From: an uncultured bacterium
Lineage (GTDB): Bacteria; Krumholzibacteriota; Krumholzibacteriia; LZORAL124-64-63
Assembly: GCA_963727525.1 (NCBI GenBank)
Contig: CAVSGO010000007.1
Coordinates: 384,001 to 448,000, forward strand
Direction of reading: 5' to 3'
DNA: 64,000 nt
In this document: positions 41,098 to 51,215 of the stretch, piece after piece
Layout: every line of letters starts with the position of its first letter
How positions within the stretch are numbered: the first letter of the stretch is position 1
Made by a program: the position numbers and the translations under genes
Notes under the pieces: model-generated
Database searches by the model: none
What the model saw: only the letters and a program-made list of their open reading frames with translations
Told to the model about the DNA's origin: nothing

Positions 41098-41910
41098 TTA
41101 CTTCCAGAATTCCTCGACGAAGATCTGACCCGGATCCTTCCGGCTGTGCGTCTTGAAGCCGCGTTCGCCGAGGCGCTCCTGCATGGCCTCGATCATCAGC
41201 GGGTTGCCGCACAGAAAGACCGACGTGCGTGTGGGGTCGAGCGGGTGGCCGAGGGCCGTCTCCACGTCGCCGTTGTCGAAGTAATGGGTCACGAATCCCG
41301 TCGGTCCGTGCCAGCCGGGATCGCGGTCGAGCCAGTCGATGATCGGCAGGTAGTGCAGGTTCGGATAGCGGGAAGAAAGCCCCTCGAGCTCGGCCCGGTA
41401 GCCGAGGTCGAAGCCCACGCGCGCGCCATGCACCACGACGGTATGGCTTGCCCTGTCGAACTGATACCGCGACCGGAGCATGCTCACGTAGGGCGCCAGA
41501 CCCGTGCCGGTGGCGACCATCACGATGTCGTGGTCGGGCTCGACCTCGTCCAGCGTGAACATCCCGACCACGCGTCGCGCCAGCCAGATCCGGTCGCCCG
41601 CCTGCAGGGCGAAAAGCCGGGGCGTGAGCGCGCCGGTGCGCACGAGCGCGACGTAGAACTCGAAGAACCGCCCCTGCAGGCTCGATGACGCGATCGAGTA
41701 GGCGCGCTTGATGACCTTGTCGGGATCGGTGGGCGGATTCTCCGGCTCGGCCAGGGTGGATCGGGGTGCCGAGCCTGGCAGGCCGAGGACGGTGTACTGC
41801 CCGGCCTTGAACGGCTCCATGGGGGCATCCGGCACGACCTGTAGCACGAGCAGGCCGTGGTTGATCTCGTAGCGCATCGACACGGTGGCGTTCAATTCCG
41901 TCGCGGCCAT
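41098..41910 (-). CDS. fpr: Ferredoxin(flavodoxin)--NADP+ reductase
   Basis: FKAGQY, RAYSIAS, GALTPRL, ATGTGLAPY, FLCGNPLMI, EEFW. Confidence 0.92.
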   Translation of the reverse strand: MAATELNATVSMRYEINHGLLVLQVVPDAPMEPFKAGQYTVLGLPGSAPRSTLAEPENPPTDPDKVIKRAYSIASSSLQGRFFEFYVALVRTGALTPRLFALQAGDRIWLARRVVGMFTLDEVEPDHDIVMVATGTGLAPYVSMLRSRYQFDRASHTVVVHGARVGFDLGYRAELEGLSSRYPNLHYLPIIDWLDRDPGWHGPTGFVTHYFDNGDVETALGHPLDPTRTSVFLCGNPLMIEAMQERLGERGFKTHSRKDPGQIFVEEFWK

Positions 41911-42055
41911 GTCGCCTCCCGATCCCGTCGCGTCGCGGTTCCGTGCAAACCCTTATGGGCCACAACGATAATACTTGCAAGCCTGATCTCAAGGACGGGG
42001 TCGACGCGAGATCGCGAGCGGGGATTTGAAACAGTACCGAAAAACTCGATATTAT

Positions 42056-42086
42056 TAATTGACTTCTATGGTCATCTTTTTACATT
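42056..42086 (+). promoter_or_regulatory. sigma70-like promoter overlapped by a candidate Rrf2/IscR-type operator
   Basis: TTGACT-N16-TACATT in an AT-rich patch; dyad TGAC-N7-GTCA (TTGACTTCTATGGTCAT). Confidence 0.55.
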
Positions 42087-42150
42087 GTGGGCGAAAAGGG
42101 GTGGCGAAAGCCCCCGACACGGGAGTTTCAAATACTTGGAGGATATAGAC

Positions 42151-42759
42151 ATGGCTCACGAACTGCCGGCTCTGCCCTACGAATACGAGGCGCTCGAACC
42201 GCATATCGACGCTCAGACCATGCGTCTGCACCATGACATCCACCACAAGGGCTATGTCACGGGTCTGAACAAGGCAGAGGAGATGCTCGCGCAGGCGCGC
42301 CGCGACGGCGACATGAGCCTGGTCAAGCACTGGGAGCGCGAGGCGGCGTTCCACGGCAGTGGCCACTTCCTGCACAGCATCTTCTGGCCCAACATGGCTC
42401 CGGCGGGCAAGGGCGGCGGTGGCGAGCCCAAGGGTGATCTCGCCAAGCGCATCGAGGCCGACTTCGGCAGCTTCGATGCCTTCAAGACGCAGTTCACCGC
42501 GGCTAGCGGCGCCGTCGAGGGCAGCGGCTGGGGCATCCTCGCCTACCGTCCGCAGGACGGTCGCCTCGTCGTGCTCACGGCCGAGAAGCACCAGAATCTC
42601 ACGCAGTGGGGCGTGATGCCGCTGCTCGTGCTCGACGTATGGGAGCACGCATACTACCTGAAGTACCAGAACAAGCGCGGCGACTACGTGAAGAACTTCT
42701 TCGAGATCATCAACTGGAATGACGTGGGCGAGCGCTATACGTCCGCGCGGAAGTCGTAA
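42151..42759 (+). CDS. sod: Fe/Mn superoxide dismutase
   Basis: [39 protein letters not shown]. Confidence 0.96.
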   Translation: MAHELPALPYEYEALEPHIDAQTMRLHHDIHHKGYVTGLNKAEEMLAQARRDGDMSLVKHWEREAAFHGSGHFLHSIFWPNMAPAGKGGGGEPKGDLAKRIEADFGSFDAFKTQFTAASGAVEGSGWGILAYRPQDGRLVVLTAEKHQNLTQWGVMPLLVLDVWEHAYYLKYQNKRGDYVKNFFEIINWNDVGERYTSARKS

Positions 42760-42813
42760 TTATCACGTCCGGCGGCGCTCCGGCTGGTGCCGTCGGCGAG
42801 AGCGGAGGATCCG

Positions 42814-43353
42814 ATGCTCAGGATCAACAAGGCAGAAGAGCAGGCTGTCCGGCTCGTCATGCGACTGGCAGCCCACGGGGACCAGCTGACGCTCGCCGAT
42901 CTCGCGGCCCAGGAGCATTTGCCCGAGCCGACGGTGGCCAAGCTCCTCGGCCAGCTCCGGCGCGGCGGCGTGGTGGATGCGATTCGCGGTCGCAACGGCG
43001 GTTACGTCCTGGCTGTGGGGCCGGCCGAGATCTCGGCGGCCCAAGTGCTGCGCGCACTCGGGGGCGATCCCGCGCCCGAGCACGCCTGCGACAACGAGAC
43101 CAGCGATGGTACCGCCTGCCCACGGATCGACGACTGTGGCCTGCGCGCCGTGTGGCGGCATTTGCAGGAGCGCGTCACCGACCTGCTCGAACGCACGAGC
43201 ATCGCCGACCTGCTGCAGGTCGAGCGCCAGGTCGGCGGACAGCTCCAGCAGATCTGGCCTGCCGATGCCTCCAGCCTCGACGACGACACCTCCCGGACGC
43301 CGGCCGACCTCGGTCCGGACTACCCAGGGCAGACCATCAGCGAAGGAGCCTGA
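42814..43353 (+). CDS. Rrf2 family transcriptional regulator with three Cys (IscR/SufR-like)
   Basis: Winged HTH with [10 protein letters not shown]-x9-C-x5-C in [19 protein letters not shown]. Confidence 0.9.
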   Translation: MLRINKAEEQAVRLVMRLAAHGDQLTLADLAAQEHLPEPTVAKLLGQLRRGGVVDAIRGRNGGYVLAVGPAEISAAQVLRALGGDPAPEHACDNETSDGTACPRIDDCGLRAVWRHLQERVTDLLERTSIADLLQVERQVGGQLQQIWPADASSLDDDTSRTPADLGPDYPGQTISEGA

Positions 43354-43358
43354 CCACG

Positions 43359-44126
43359 ATGAGCGACCGCACCCCGCTATTCGCCTGCCACGGCCTGCAC
43401 GTCTACGTCGAGGACAAGGAGATCGTCAATGGTGTCGATCTCGAGATCCACGCGGGCGAGAAGCACGCGTTGATGGGCCCCAATGGTTCGGGCAAGTCGA
43501 CGCTCGCGGCGGCCCTCATGGGCCATCCGTCCTACCGCGTCGAGGGCGAGATCCTCATCGACGGCAAGGACGTGAGCGAGGCCGCGGCCGACGAGCGCGC
43601 GCGCCTCGGCATGTTTCTCGGCTTCCAGTATCCGGTGGCCGTGCCCGGCGTGAGCGTGGCGAACTTCCTGCGCGCCGCGGTGTCGGCGCGGCAGGGTAAG
43701 GAGGTACCGGTGCGCGAGTTCCGCCAGCAGATGCAGGCGGCGTTCTCGGCTCTGGACGTCCCGAAGGAGTTCGCCGGCCGCTATCTCAACGACGGCTTCA
43801 GCGGCGGCGAGAAGAAGCGTCTGGAGATCATGCAGATGCTCATGCTGGCGCCGCGCTTCGCGCTGCTCGACGAGACGGACAGTGGTCTGGACATCGACGC
43901 CCTCAAGATCGTGTCCGAGGGCGTGAACCGCGCGTCGACCCCGGACAACGCGATTCTTCTGGTGACGCACTATCAGCGCATCCTCGACTACGTGAAGCCC
44001 GATGTCGTCCACGTGTTCATGCACGGCAACATCGTGCGCACGGGCGGGCCGGACCTGGCGCGCGAGCTCGAAGCGCGAGGTTACGACTGGCTGGAAACGG
44101 ACCTTGCCCCGGCTAACAAGGGTTAG
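43359..44126 (+). CDS. sufC: Fe-S cluster assembly ATPase SufC
   Basis: [41 protein letters not shown]. Confidence 0.96.
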   Translation: MSDRTPLFACHGLHVYVEDKEIVNGVDLEIHAGEKHALMGPNGSGKSTLAAALMGHPSYRVEGEILIDGKDVSEAAADERARLGMFLGFQYPVAVPGVSVANFLRAAVSARQGKEVPVREFRQQMQAAFSALDVPKEFAGRYLNDGFSGGEKKRLEIMQMLMLAPRFALLDETDSGLDIDALKIVSEGVNRASTPDNAILLVTHYQRILDYVKPDVVHVFMHGNIVRTGGPDLARELEARGYDWLETDLAPANKG

Positions 44127-44147
44127 ATCCGGGTGAAAGGATAGATC

Positions 44148-45563
44148 ATGGCGACCGAACGCATCGCGGACCTCAATCTCGACTATCGCGAGAAGTACGG
44201 GTTCTCGGACCCGGAGGAATTTCTCCAGAGGACGCCCAAGGGCCTCTCGCACGAGACCGTCGAGGCCATCTCGCGCTTCAAGAGCGAACCCGACTGGATG
44301 CGCGAGTTCCGCCACGCGGCACTCGATGTCTTCCTGAGCAAGCCCATGCCGCGCTGGGGCGATTCGGCGATGTTGGATGCGATCGATTTCGCCGACATCT
44401 ACTACTATCTGCGACCCACGGCCGGCGGTGTGAGCGACTGGGACGAGGTGCCCGAGAACATCAAGAAGACTTTCGATCGCCTCGGCATCCCGGAGGCCGA
44501 GCGCAAGTTCCTGGCCGGTGTCACCGCGCAGTACGAGAGCGAGGTCGTCTACCACTCGATCCACGAGGAGCTCACCAAGAAAGGTGTGCTCTTCACCGAT
44601 ATGGATACCGCGCTGCGTGAGCACGAGGACATCGTCAAGAAGTACTTCGCCACGATCATCCCGGCCGAGGACAACAAGTTCGCAGCGCTCAACAGCGCCG
44701 TGTGGTCGGGCGGCTCCTTCATCTACGTGCCGAAGAATACCAAGGTGGAGATACCACTGCAGGCCTACTTCCGTATCAACTCCAAGAACATGGGGCAGTT
44801 CGAGCGCACGCTCATCGTGGTCGACGAGGGCGCCTCGGTCCATTACATCGAGGGTTGCACGGCGCCGATGTACACGACGAACAGTCTGCACTCGGCGGTG
44901 GTGGAACTCATCGCCTTGCCCGGCGCGCACATTCGCTACACCACGATCCAGAACTGGTCGAACAACGTCTACAACCTGGTGACCAAGCGGGCGTACGCGC
45001 ATGCCGACTCCGTGGTGGAATGGGTCGACGGCAACATTGGCTCCAAGCTCACCATGAAGTACCCGGCGGTCTATCTGATGGGCGAACGCGCCCACGGCGA
45101 GGTGCTGTCGATCGCCTACGCCGGCGATAATCAGCACCAGGACGCCGGTGCCAAGATGATCCATGCGGCCCCCAACACGAGCAGCCGCATCATCAGCAAG
45201 TCGATCTCCAAGGGCACGGGGCGCAGCTCCTATCGCGGCATGGTCAAGGTGGCCAAGGGCTGCCACGGGTGCCGCACCAGCGTGGAGTGCGACGCCCTGC
45301 TCATCGGGGCGCAGTCGCGTACGGATACCTATCCCACGATGGAGATCGAGGAGGACGACGTGCGCGTTGAGCACGAGGCGCGCGTGTCCAAGCTCGCCGA
45401 CGAGCAGCTCTTCTATCTGCAGAGTCGCGGTCTGACCGCCGACAAGGCGCGCCTGATGATCGTCAACGGTTTCATCGAGCCGTTCGTACGCGAGTTACCC
45501 ATGGAGTATGCAGTCGAGCTGAACCGGCTGATCGAACTGGAAATGGAGGGGTCCGTTGGTTGA
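44148..45563 (+). CDS. sufB: Fe-S cluster assembly protein SufB
   Basis: [45 protein letters not shown]. Confidence 0.97.
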   Translation: MATERIADLNLDYREKYGFSDPEEFLQRTPKGLSHETVEAISRFKSEPDWMREFRHAALDVFLSKPMPRWGDSAMLDAIDFADIYYYLRPTAGGVSDWDEVPENIKKTFDRLGIPEAERKFLAGVTAQYESEVVYHSIHEELTKKGVLFTDMDTALREHEDIVKKYFATIIPAEDNKFAALNSAVWSGGSFIYVPKNTKVEIPLQAYFRINSKNMGQFERTLIVVDEGASVHYIEGCTAPMYTTNSLHSAVVELIALPGAHIRYTTIQNWSNNVYNLVTKRAYAHADSVVEWVDGNIGSKLTMKYPAVYLMGERAHGEVLSIAYAGDNQHQDAGAKMIHAAPNTSSRIISKSISKGTGRSSYRGMVKVAKGCHGCRTSVECDALLIGAQSRTDTYPTMEIEEDDVRVEHEARVSKLADEQLFYLQSRGLTADKARLMIVNGFIEPFVRELPMEYAVELNRLIELEMEGSVG

Positions 45564-46845
45564 TGCGGCACTTGCAGCCAGGGCGACCAAGCCCGAGTTC
45601 ACGGCAGACGAGGTCCAGGCCCATGGCCGCGGCCTGGGCGAGAACGCGGCGGGACTGGTCTGGCGCGAGGCGGCCCGCGCCGTCTACGCCACGCTGGAGC
45701 TGCCCTCGCGCGTCCGTCATCTCTGGAAATACACGGATCCCGTCGATCTGTTGCCGCCCCGGTCCGTTCTTGGGGCCACGCCGGTCAGCGACGACGACGC
45801 GCAGCCGGATCTGCCCGACGGACCGGCCGTTCTGCTGCGGCCCGGACAGGAACCCCGCCTCACGGCGGCCGCTGTGGCAAGCGGCGTCACCGTCGCGCGG
45901 CTGTTCGCAGGCGAGGGGAATTCGTGCCCGCTGGGTTCCGTGGTACCGCCGGCTCATGGGTTCTTCGAGGCGCTGAACGCCGTGGCCTTCGACGCGAGTT
46001 GCCTCGTGCGCGTCCCGCGCAACGCGCAGCTCGTCGACCCACTGCGGATCATCGTGCCGGCCGCGGTCGGCCAGACCGTCGTGTCGCGCGTCCTCGTCGA
46101 CGTCGCGGCAGGCGCACAGGTCACGATCGTGGAGGAGCACAGCGGTGGCGGCAAGGGGAGCCTCACGCTCGGCGTGACGGAGATCCGCGTGGGGCCTGGC
46201 GCGAATGCGCGGCACGTGCTGGTTCAGCGCTGGGAGAGCGGTGCGCGCGGGCATCTCACCGTGCGCGCCCGTGCCGAGCGCGACGCCACCTACCTCTCGG
46301 CGACCGCAAGTTTCGGCGGCGACATCGCCAAGGTCGATCTGGGCTGCGAGCTGGCGGGGCCCGGGGCGCGAAGCGAACTCGTGGGCGTGGCGCTGGCCGA
46401 ACGGCGTCAGCATCTCGATCACCACACCGCGCACCGCCACACGGCCGACCATACCTGGAGCAATATCAACTTCAAGGCGGCCGTGGCGGGAAGAGCACGT
46501 TCGAGCTACACCGGGCTCATCTCCATCGCGAAGGATGCCCCCACGAGCGAAGCCTATCAGGAGAACCGCAACCTCCTGCTGAGCGAGCATGCGCGAGCAG
46601 ATAGCATCCCGGAGCTGGAGATCCTCACCGACGACGTGAGCTGCTCGCACGGCGCCACCGTGGCACCGATCGATCCGGAACAGGTCTTCTACCTGCAGAG
46701 CCGCGGAATCCCGGCCGACGAGGCGATGCGTCTCGTGGTGCGCGGTTTCGTGGAATCCACGCTGCGCCTGGTGCCGGTGCCGCTGCGCGATCAGCTCGGC
46801 GCCGTGGTCGAGGCGCGCCTCGCCGCGCTCCAGGGGAGGGACTGA
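45556..46845 (+). CDS. sufD: Fe-S cluster assembly protein SufD
   Basis: [34 protein letters not shown]. Start uncertain. Confidence 0.92.
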   Translation: MVDAALAARATKPEFTADEVQAHGRGLGENAAGLVWREAARAVYATLELPSRVRHLWKYTDPVDLLPPRSVLGATPVSDDDAQPDLPDGPAVLLRPGQEPRLTAAAVASGVTVARLFAGEGNSCPLGSVVPPAHGFFEALNAVAFDASCLVRVPRNAQLVDPLRIIVPAAVGQTVVSRVLVDVAAGAQVTIVEEHSGGGKGSLTLGVTEIRVGPGANARHVLVQRWESGARGHLTVRARAERDATYLSATASFGGDIAKVDLGCELAGPGARSELVGVALAERRQHLDHHTAHRHTADHTWSNINFKAAVAGRARSSYTGLISIAKDAPTSEAYQENRNLLLSEHARADSIPELEILTDDVSCSHGATVAPIDPEQVFYLQSRGIPADEAMRLVVRGFVESTLRLVPVPLRDQLGAVVEARLAALQGRD

Positions 46846-46846
46846 C

Positions 46847-47164
46847 ATGACCTGGCACCGGGTGTTCGCGCTGGCGGAATTGCCGGTCGGTGACACGCGC
46901 GCGGTCACGGTCGACGGCGAGGAGGTTCTCATCTGCCGCACGGCGGACGACGTCTTGCACGCGATCAGCGACCTCTGCACGCACGACGACGGGCCTCTCG
47001 GCGAGGGTATCCTCGACGGCTGCGAGGTCATCTGTCCGCGCCACGGCGCCCGCTTCGACATCACCACGGGCCAGGCGGTGCGCCTGCCGGCGGTGAGCCC
47101 GGTGGAAGTTTTTCCGGTGCGGATCAACAATGATGGCTGGGTCGAGGTGGAGGTCACCGCATGA
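46847..47164 (+). CDS. Rieske [2Fe-2S] ferredoxin
   Basis: CTH..GPL..G..CPRHGARFD. Confidence 0.93.
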   Translation: MTWHRVFALAELPVGDTRAVTVDGEEVLICRTADDVLHAISDLCTHDDGPLGEGILDGCEVICPRHGARFDITTGQAVRLPAVSPVEVFPVRINNDGWVEVEVTA

Positions 47165-48420
47165 GACGCGGGGGTGAGCCGGGCGTGGCCGCGCCGACCC
47201 TGGAGACGGGGCTGCTGCGCGATCGCTTCCCACTTCTCGCGCGCGAGGTGGGTGGCCACCCGCTCGTCTATCTCGACAGCGCGGCCACCAGTCAGAAGCC
47301 CGAGGCCGTGCTGACGGCCCTGGAGCACTATTACCGCGAACTCAACGCGAACGTCCATCGCGGTCAGAACACACTGGCGACCGAAGCCACGAACGCATAC
47401 GAGACATGCCGCGGCAGGGTGGCCGCGTGGCTCGCGGCGCCGAGTGCGGAATCGGTGGTGATCACGCGCGGTGCGACAAGCGCGTTGAACCTTGTGGCCC
47501 GTGGCATCGAGCACCAGCTCCAGCCCGGCGACGAGATCCTGCTCACGGAAATGGAGCACCATGCGAACCTTGTGCCCTGGCAGATGCTCGCGGCGCGCCG
47601 GGGCGTGGTGTTGCGCTTCCTGCCGATCGATGCGCAGGGGCGCCTCGCCCTCGATCGTCTCGACAACCTGCTGACCTCGCGCACGCGGATCGTATCGCTG
47701 ACCCACGTGAGCAATGTGCTGGGCACCGTCAATCCGGTGGCGGAGATCGCGGCGGCCGCCCACGCCAGCGAGGCCCTCGTCATCGTGGACGCGGCCCAGT
47801 CCATCGGCCACCGGCCCGTGAGCTTCCGCGACCTCGGCTGCGACCTGCTCGTCTTCTCCGCCCACAAGGTCTACGGCCCGATGGGGCTGGGTTTCCTGGT
47901 GGGCCGCCCGCATGTGCTTGACTCGCTCGAGCCCATGGAAGGCGGCGGCGAGATGATCGAGTGGGTGCAGTGGGAGTCGTCCACCTGGGCCGATGTGCCG
48001 CTGCGCTTCGAGGCCGGCACGCCCAACGTGGCCGCGGCGGCCGCGTTTCCGCCGGCGATCGACATGCTGGATGAGCTGGGGCTGACGATGGTCCAGGCGC
48101 ACGAGGAAGCGCTCGTGGGCTATGCGCTGGAAGCGCTGCAGGGCCTCGGCGGCCTGACGATCTACGGCCCCGAAGACCCGACGCAGCGCGGCGGCCTGGT
48201 GAGCTTTCACGACCCGCTCATCCATCCGCACGACCTCAGCACGATCCTCGACCAGTTCGGCGTCGCCGTGCGCGCGGGTCATCACTGCGCGCAGCCGCTG
48301 CATCGTCGGCTCGGCGTACCGGCCACGACGCGCGCCAGCTTTGGCATCTACAATCGCCGCGACGAGATCGATGCCCTCGTCGCCGGCATCCGCGAGGCGA
48401 GGAAGGTGTTCGGCGCATGA
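47161..48420 (+). CDS. sufS: Cysteine desulfurase SufS
   Basis: YLDSAATSQKP, EHHAN, FSAHK, FEAGTP, RAGHHCAQP. Confidence 0.96.
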   Translation: MRRGGEPGVAAPTLETGLLRDRFPLLAREVGGHPLVYLDSAATSQKPEAVLTALEHYYRELNANVHRGQNTLATEATNAYETCRGRVAAWLAAPSAESVVITRGATSALNLVARGIEHQLQPGDEILLTEMEHHANLVPWQMLAARRGVVLRFLPIDAQGRLALDRLDNLLTSRTRIVSLTHVSNVLGTVNPVAEIAAAAHASEALVIVDAAQSIGHRPVSFRDLGCDLLVFSAHKVYGPMGLGFLVGRPHVLDSLEPMEGGGEMIEWVQWESSTWADVPLRFEAGTPNVAAAAAFPPAIDMLDELGLTMVQAHEEALVGYALEALQGLGGLTIYGPEDPTQRGGLVSFHDPLIHPHDLSTILDQFGVAVRAGHHCAQPLHRRLGVPATTRASFGIYNRRDEIDALVAGIREARKVFGA

Positions 48421-48950
48421 GCGAGAACCTGGACGCGCTGTACCGCGAGGTCGTCCTCGAGCACCACCGGCACCCGCACGGGAGCCGCCCCCTCGACCAT
48501 CCCGACGTGGAGGCCGCCGGGCGCAACCCCTCGTGCGGCGACGAGGTGACGCTTCAGATGACCTTCGACGGCGACCGTATCACCGGGGTCGGCGTGCTCT
48601 CGCAGGGCTGCGCCATCTCCACCAGCAGCGGCTCGATGATGGCTGAGCTGGTCGAGGGCGCCACCGTGGCCGAGGCCGAGGCCATCGCCGAACGTTTCCG
48701 CAGCGTGATGCATGGCAAGGAGTGGCCCGCCGACCTCGACCTCGGTGACCTCGAGGCGCTCGATGGCGTGAAGAAGTTCCCCGTGCGCGTGAAGTGCGCA
48801 CTTCTGCCCTGGGTGACGCTGCTCGACGCCATCCTCGCGCGCCAGCAAGGCCGTGAACCACGCCCGGTCTCCACCGACGGTACAGCCGCCGACGGCGCGC
48901 CGATGGACGTCACGATCCAGGACCACCCGCGCGGAGAGGAATCGCGATGA
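48417..48950 (+). CDS. sufU: SufU/NifU-like sulfur transfer protein
   Basis: LYREVVLEH, NPSCGD, GCAIS, RVKCALLPW. Confidence 0.93.
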   Translation: MSENLDALYREVVLEHHRHPHGSRPLDHPDVEAAGRNPSCGDEVTLQMTFDGDRITGVGVLSQGCAISTSSGSMMAELVEGATVAEAEAIAERFRSVMHGKEWPADLDLGDLEALDGVKKFPVRVKCALLPWVTLLDAILARQQGREPRPVSTDGTAADGAPMDVTIQDHPRGEESR

Positions 48951-49273
48951 ACGAGACCGCCACTCCCGGCCCCGAGGACATCCTCGAGAGTCTGCGCCCC
49001 GTCAAGGACCCGGAACTCGACCTCTCGATCGTCGACCTCGGCCTCGTACGAGGCATCACCTTCGAGGAAGACACGGGACGCGCGGACATCGACCTCACCC
49101 TCACCAGCCCCATGTGCCCCCTCGGACCCGAGATCATGGCCGCCACCAAGAGCGCCGCGCAACGCCTGCCCGGCGTCCGCGAGGCCGTCATCAACCTGGT
49201 GTGGTCGCCCCTGTGGGACCCGCGCGTCGACGCCAGCGAGGAAGCCAAAGCCGCGCTGGGGATCTGGGACTAG
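48947..49273 (+). CDS. DUF59/SufT-like Fe-S maturation protein
   Basis: VKDPEL..SIVDLGLV, TLTSPMCP, VWSPLW. Confidence 0.9.
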   Translation: MNETATPGPEDILESLRPVKDPELDLSIVDLGLVRGITFEEDTGRADIDLTLTSPMCPLGPEIMAATKSAAQRLPGVREAVINLVWSPLWDPRVDASEEAKAALGIWD

Positions 49274-49618
49274 CTCCCGTTTCCACTCGCAGGTTCCCGT
49301 CGCCCGGTATCTCTTGTTGGCCAGCAGGGAAACCCTGCCCACCTATCTCGGCAGACTCCGGGCATGCACTCTCGAATTGAGCCCATCCAAATCTACGAAG
49401 CCCGCGCTTTCTGCGATTCCCGCTGTCAGCTATCCTATCTGTGCCTCCAGGCTGCGTTAACCGAATCCACCGAGTTCGAGTCCAACCAGGGGAGCCAGCG
49501 AATCTTCGGGCTACCCGTCTTCCCTACAGGTTGACTGACTCGGCGCCGATTCGTCGCGGCTGTAGGGCGCTGGGAACGGATGAAGTACGCACGGAAATCA
49601 AAACCGCGTTTGTGTTCG

Positions 49619-49660
49619 AATTTATAGTTGCCTAAAATAAAAATTAGAATACTCTAAATT
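49619..49660 (+). promoter_or_regulatory. Two tandem candidate DtxR/MntR-type operators
   Basis: AATTTATAGTTGCCTAAAAT and AAATTAGAATACTCTAAATT resemble the TTAG-N6-CTAA dyad and lie just upstream of the operon encoding the DtxR-family regulator. Confidence 0.6.
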
Positions 49661-49689
49661 CTTCGATGTGCTGGAAAGGAGTGTGGCAG

Positions 49690-50499
49690 ATGCAATTTTT
49701 CGGCAATGGCGGCTATTCGAATTCCCTCCGGGCCGTCCTGGGTCTTTCGATCGCGATTGCGGTCGCTATGCTCATGCCGGCGTTTATCGCTGCGGCGGAG
49801 GCCGATCCAGCGCCTGAGATCGTTGGCGACCGCCCCGATTATACGGAGAGCGCCGTCACCATTGCGTCGTCCCATCTGCAGGGGGAGGTCGGACTTGACT
49901 ATTCGACTCTCGGTGGTGACAAGGTTCTCACGATTCCTAACCTACTGTTGCGCTACGGGGTGGGGGACAATCTCGAGGTCCGATTCGGGGTCCCGTCCCT
50001 CAACGTCGTCTATGTCGGTTCGCGTACGTTGTCCGAGCCGGGAAGCCTCGAGTTGGGGCTCAAGGCCACTTCCGGGTGGGGACGCAGGGGAAGGGTTGGC
50101 CTGTTGCCATTCGTCGAGCTACCGGTCAAGTCGGAACAGTGGTCCGGATCGGGAGTCGGTGTCGGACTCAAGGCACTCTGGTCCGTGGATTTCACCGATG
50201 ACGTTGGCCTGGGCGGGAATGTCGGTGTCGTATTCGAAGGCGTCACGCCTGCAAGTGCGGAACCTATGACGACGTACCTGGCGTCCACGAGCCTTGGCTT
50301 CACATTGAATGAGCGGCTTGGGGCCTTCACGGAGCTATACGGCCTTGAGGATGGCGGGGCAAAGGTCGGTCTGGTGGCGGACGGCGGTTTCACGTATCTG
50401 GTTGCGCCGTGGCTTCAATTCGATCTGTACTTCGGGACTGGCTTGACGCCGCCGACGAGCGGCATCGATATCGGTTTCGGTGGGGTTTTCCTGCTGTGA
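49690..50499 (+). CDS. Outer-membrane beta-barrel (Phenol_MetA_deg / transporter family-like)
   Basis: Signal peptide; DRPDYTES..LQGEVG, LLRYG, alternating beta-strand pattern, LQFD. Confidence 0.75.
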   Translation: MQFFGNGGYSNSLRAVLGLSIAIAVAMLMPAFIAAAEADPAPEIVGDRPDYTESAVTIASSHLQGEVGLDYSTLGGDKVLTIPNLLLRYGVGDNLEVRFGVPSLNVVYVGSRTLSEPGSLELGLKATSGWGRRGRVGLLPFVELPVKSEQWSGSGVGVGLKALWSVDFTDDVGLGGNVGVVFEGVTPASAEPMTTYLASTSLGFTLNERLGAFTELYGLEDGGAKVGLVADGGFTYLVAPWLQFDLYFGTGLTPPTSGIDIGFGGVFLL

Positions 50500-51215
50500 T
50501 GACTGAACGGATCGATACCACCGGTCGGTTCCTGGGAAAGGCCGTGGAGGACTATCTCAAGGCGACCTTGTCCCTGGGCGAGGCCGGCCAGCGGGTCTCG
50601 ACCTCCGCGCTGGCCGAACGTCTCGGGATCAAGCCGCCCTCGGTGACCGCCATGTTGAAGAGACTGAGCCGGGAATATCCTCGGCTCCTGGACTACCAGT
50701 CCCACCAGGGGGTCCGACTCACGAAGACAGGTGAACGAATCGCGCTCGATGTGGTTCGCCGTCATCGACTCATCGAGGTCTTCCTGGTCACGACGCTGGG
50801 ATATCGCTGGGATGAGGTCCACGAGGAGGCCCATCGGCTGGAGCACAGCGTATCGAGTACGTTCGTCGATCGCATCGATCGCCTGCTCGGTTATCCCGCG
50901 GTCGATCCTCACGGCCGCCCCATCCCCCGCGACGACGGCGTGGTCACCGAGCTGGCGGAAATCCCGTTGACTGAAGCGAAGACGGGCGAGACGGTTCGCG
51001 TGTCGAGTGTGCGCTCCGAGGAAGTGGCGTTCCTGCAGTATCTCTCCAGCCTGGGCATTGGCCTCGGTTCGCCCCTCGCAGTCCAGGAGATTTCCCCGCT
51101 GGGAGATGTGATGACGATCGCGGTAGGATCCGACGGTGGTGGTGGCCACCATGTGATCGGTGCGGGAGTCGCTCGCGAGATCTTCGTATCGGCAGAAAAA
51201 GGTGAGTCGACATGA
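50499..51215 (+). CDS. DtxR/MntR family metal-dependent regulator with FeoA-like C-terminal domain
   Basis: EDYLK, PSVTAMLKRL, RRHRLIEVFL, HEEAHRLEH, DPHGRPIP. Confidence 0.93.
   Translation: MTERIDTTGRFLGKAVEDYLKATLSLGEAGQRVSTSALAERLGIKPPSVTAMLKRLSREYPRLLDYQSHQGVRLTKTGERIALDVVRRHRLIEVFLVTTLGYRWDEVHEEAHRLEHSVSSTFVDRIDRLLGYPAVDPHGRPIPRDDGVVTELAEIPLTEAKTGETVRVSSVRSEEVAFLQYLSSLGIGLGSPLAVQEISPLGDVMTIAVGSDGGGGHHVIGAGVAREIFVSAEKGEST

Noticed and set aside
49480-49570. Possible yybP-ykoY manganese riboswitch (GGGGAGCCAGC; CCCTACAG / CTGTAGGG stem)
   Set aside because: The downstream GAGACC element was not found, it lies upstream of the likely promoter, and that riboswitch normally activates exporters. 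An Rfam scan would settle it.
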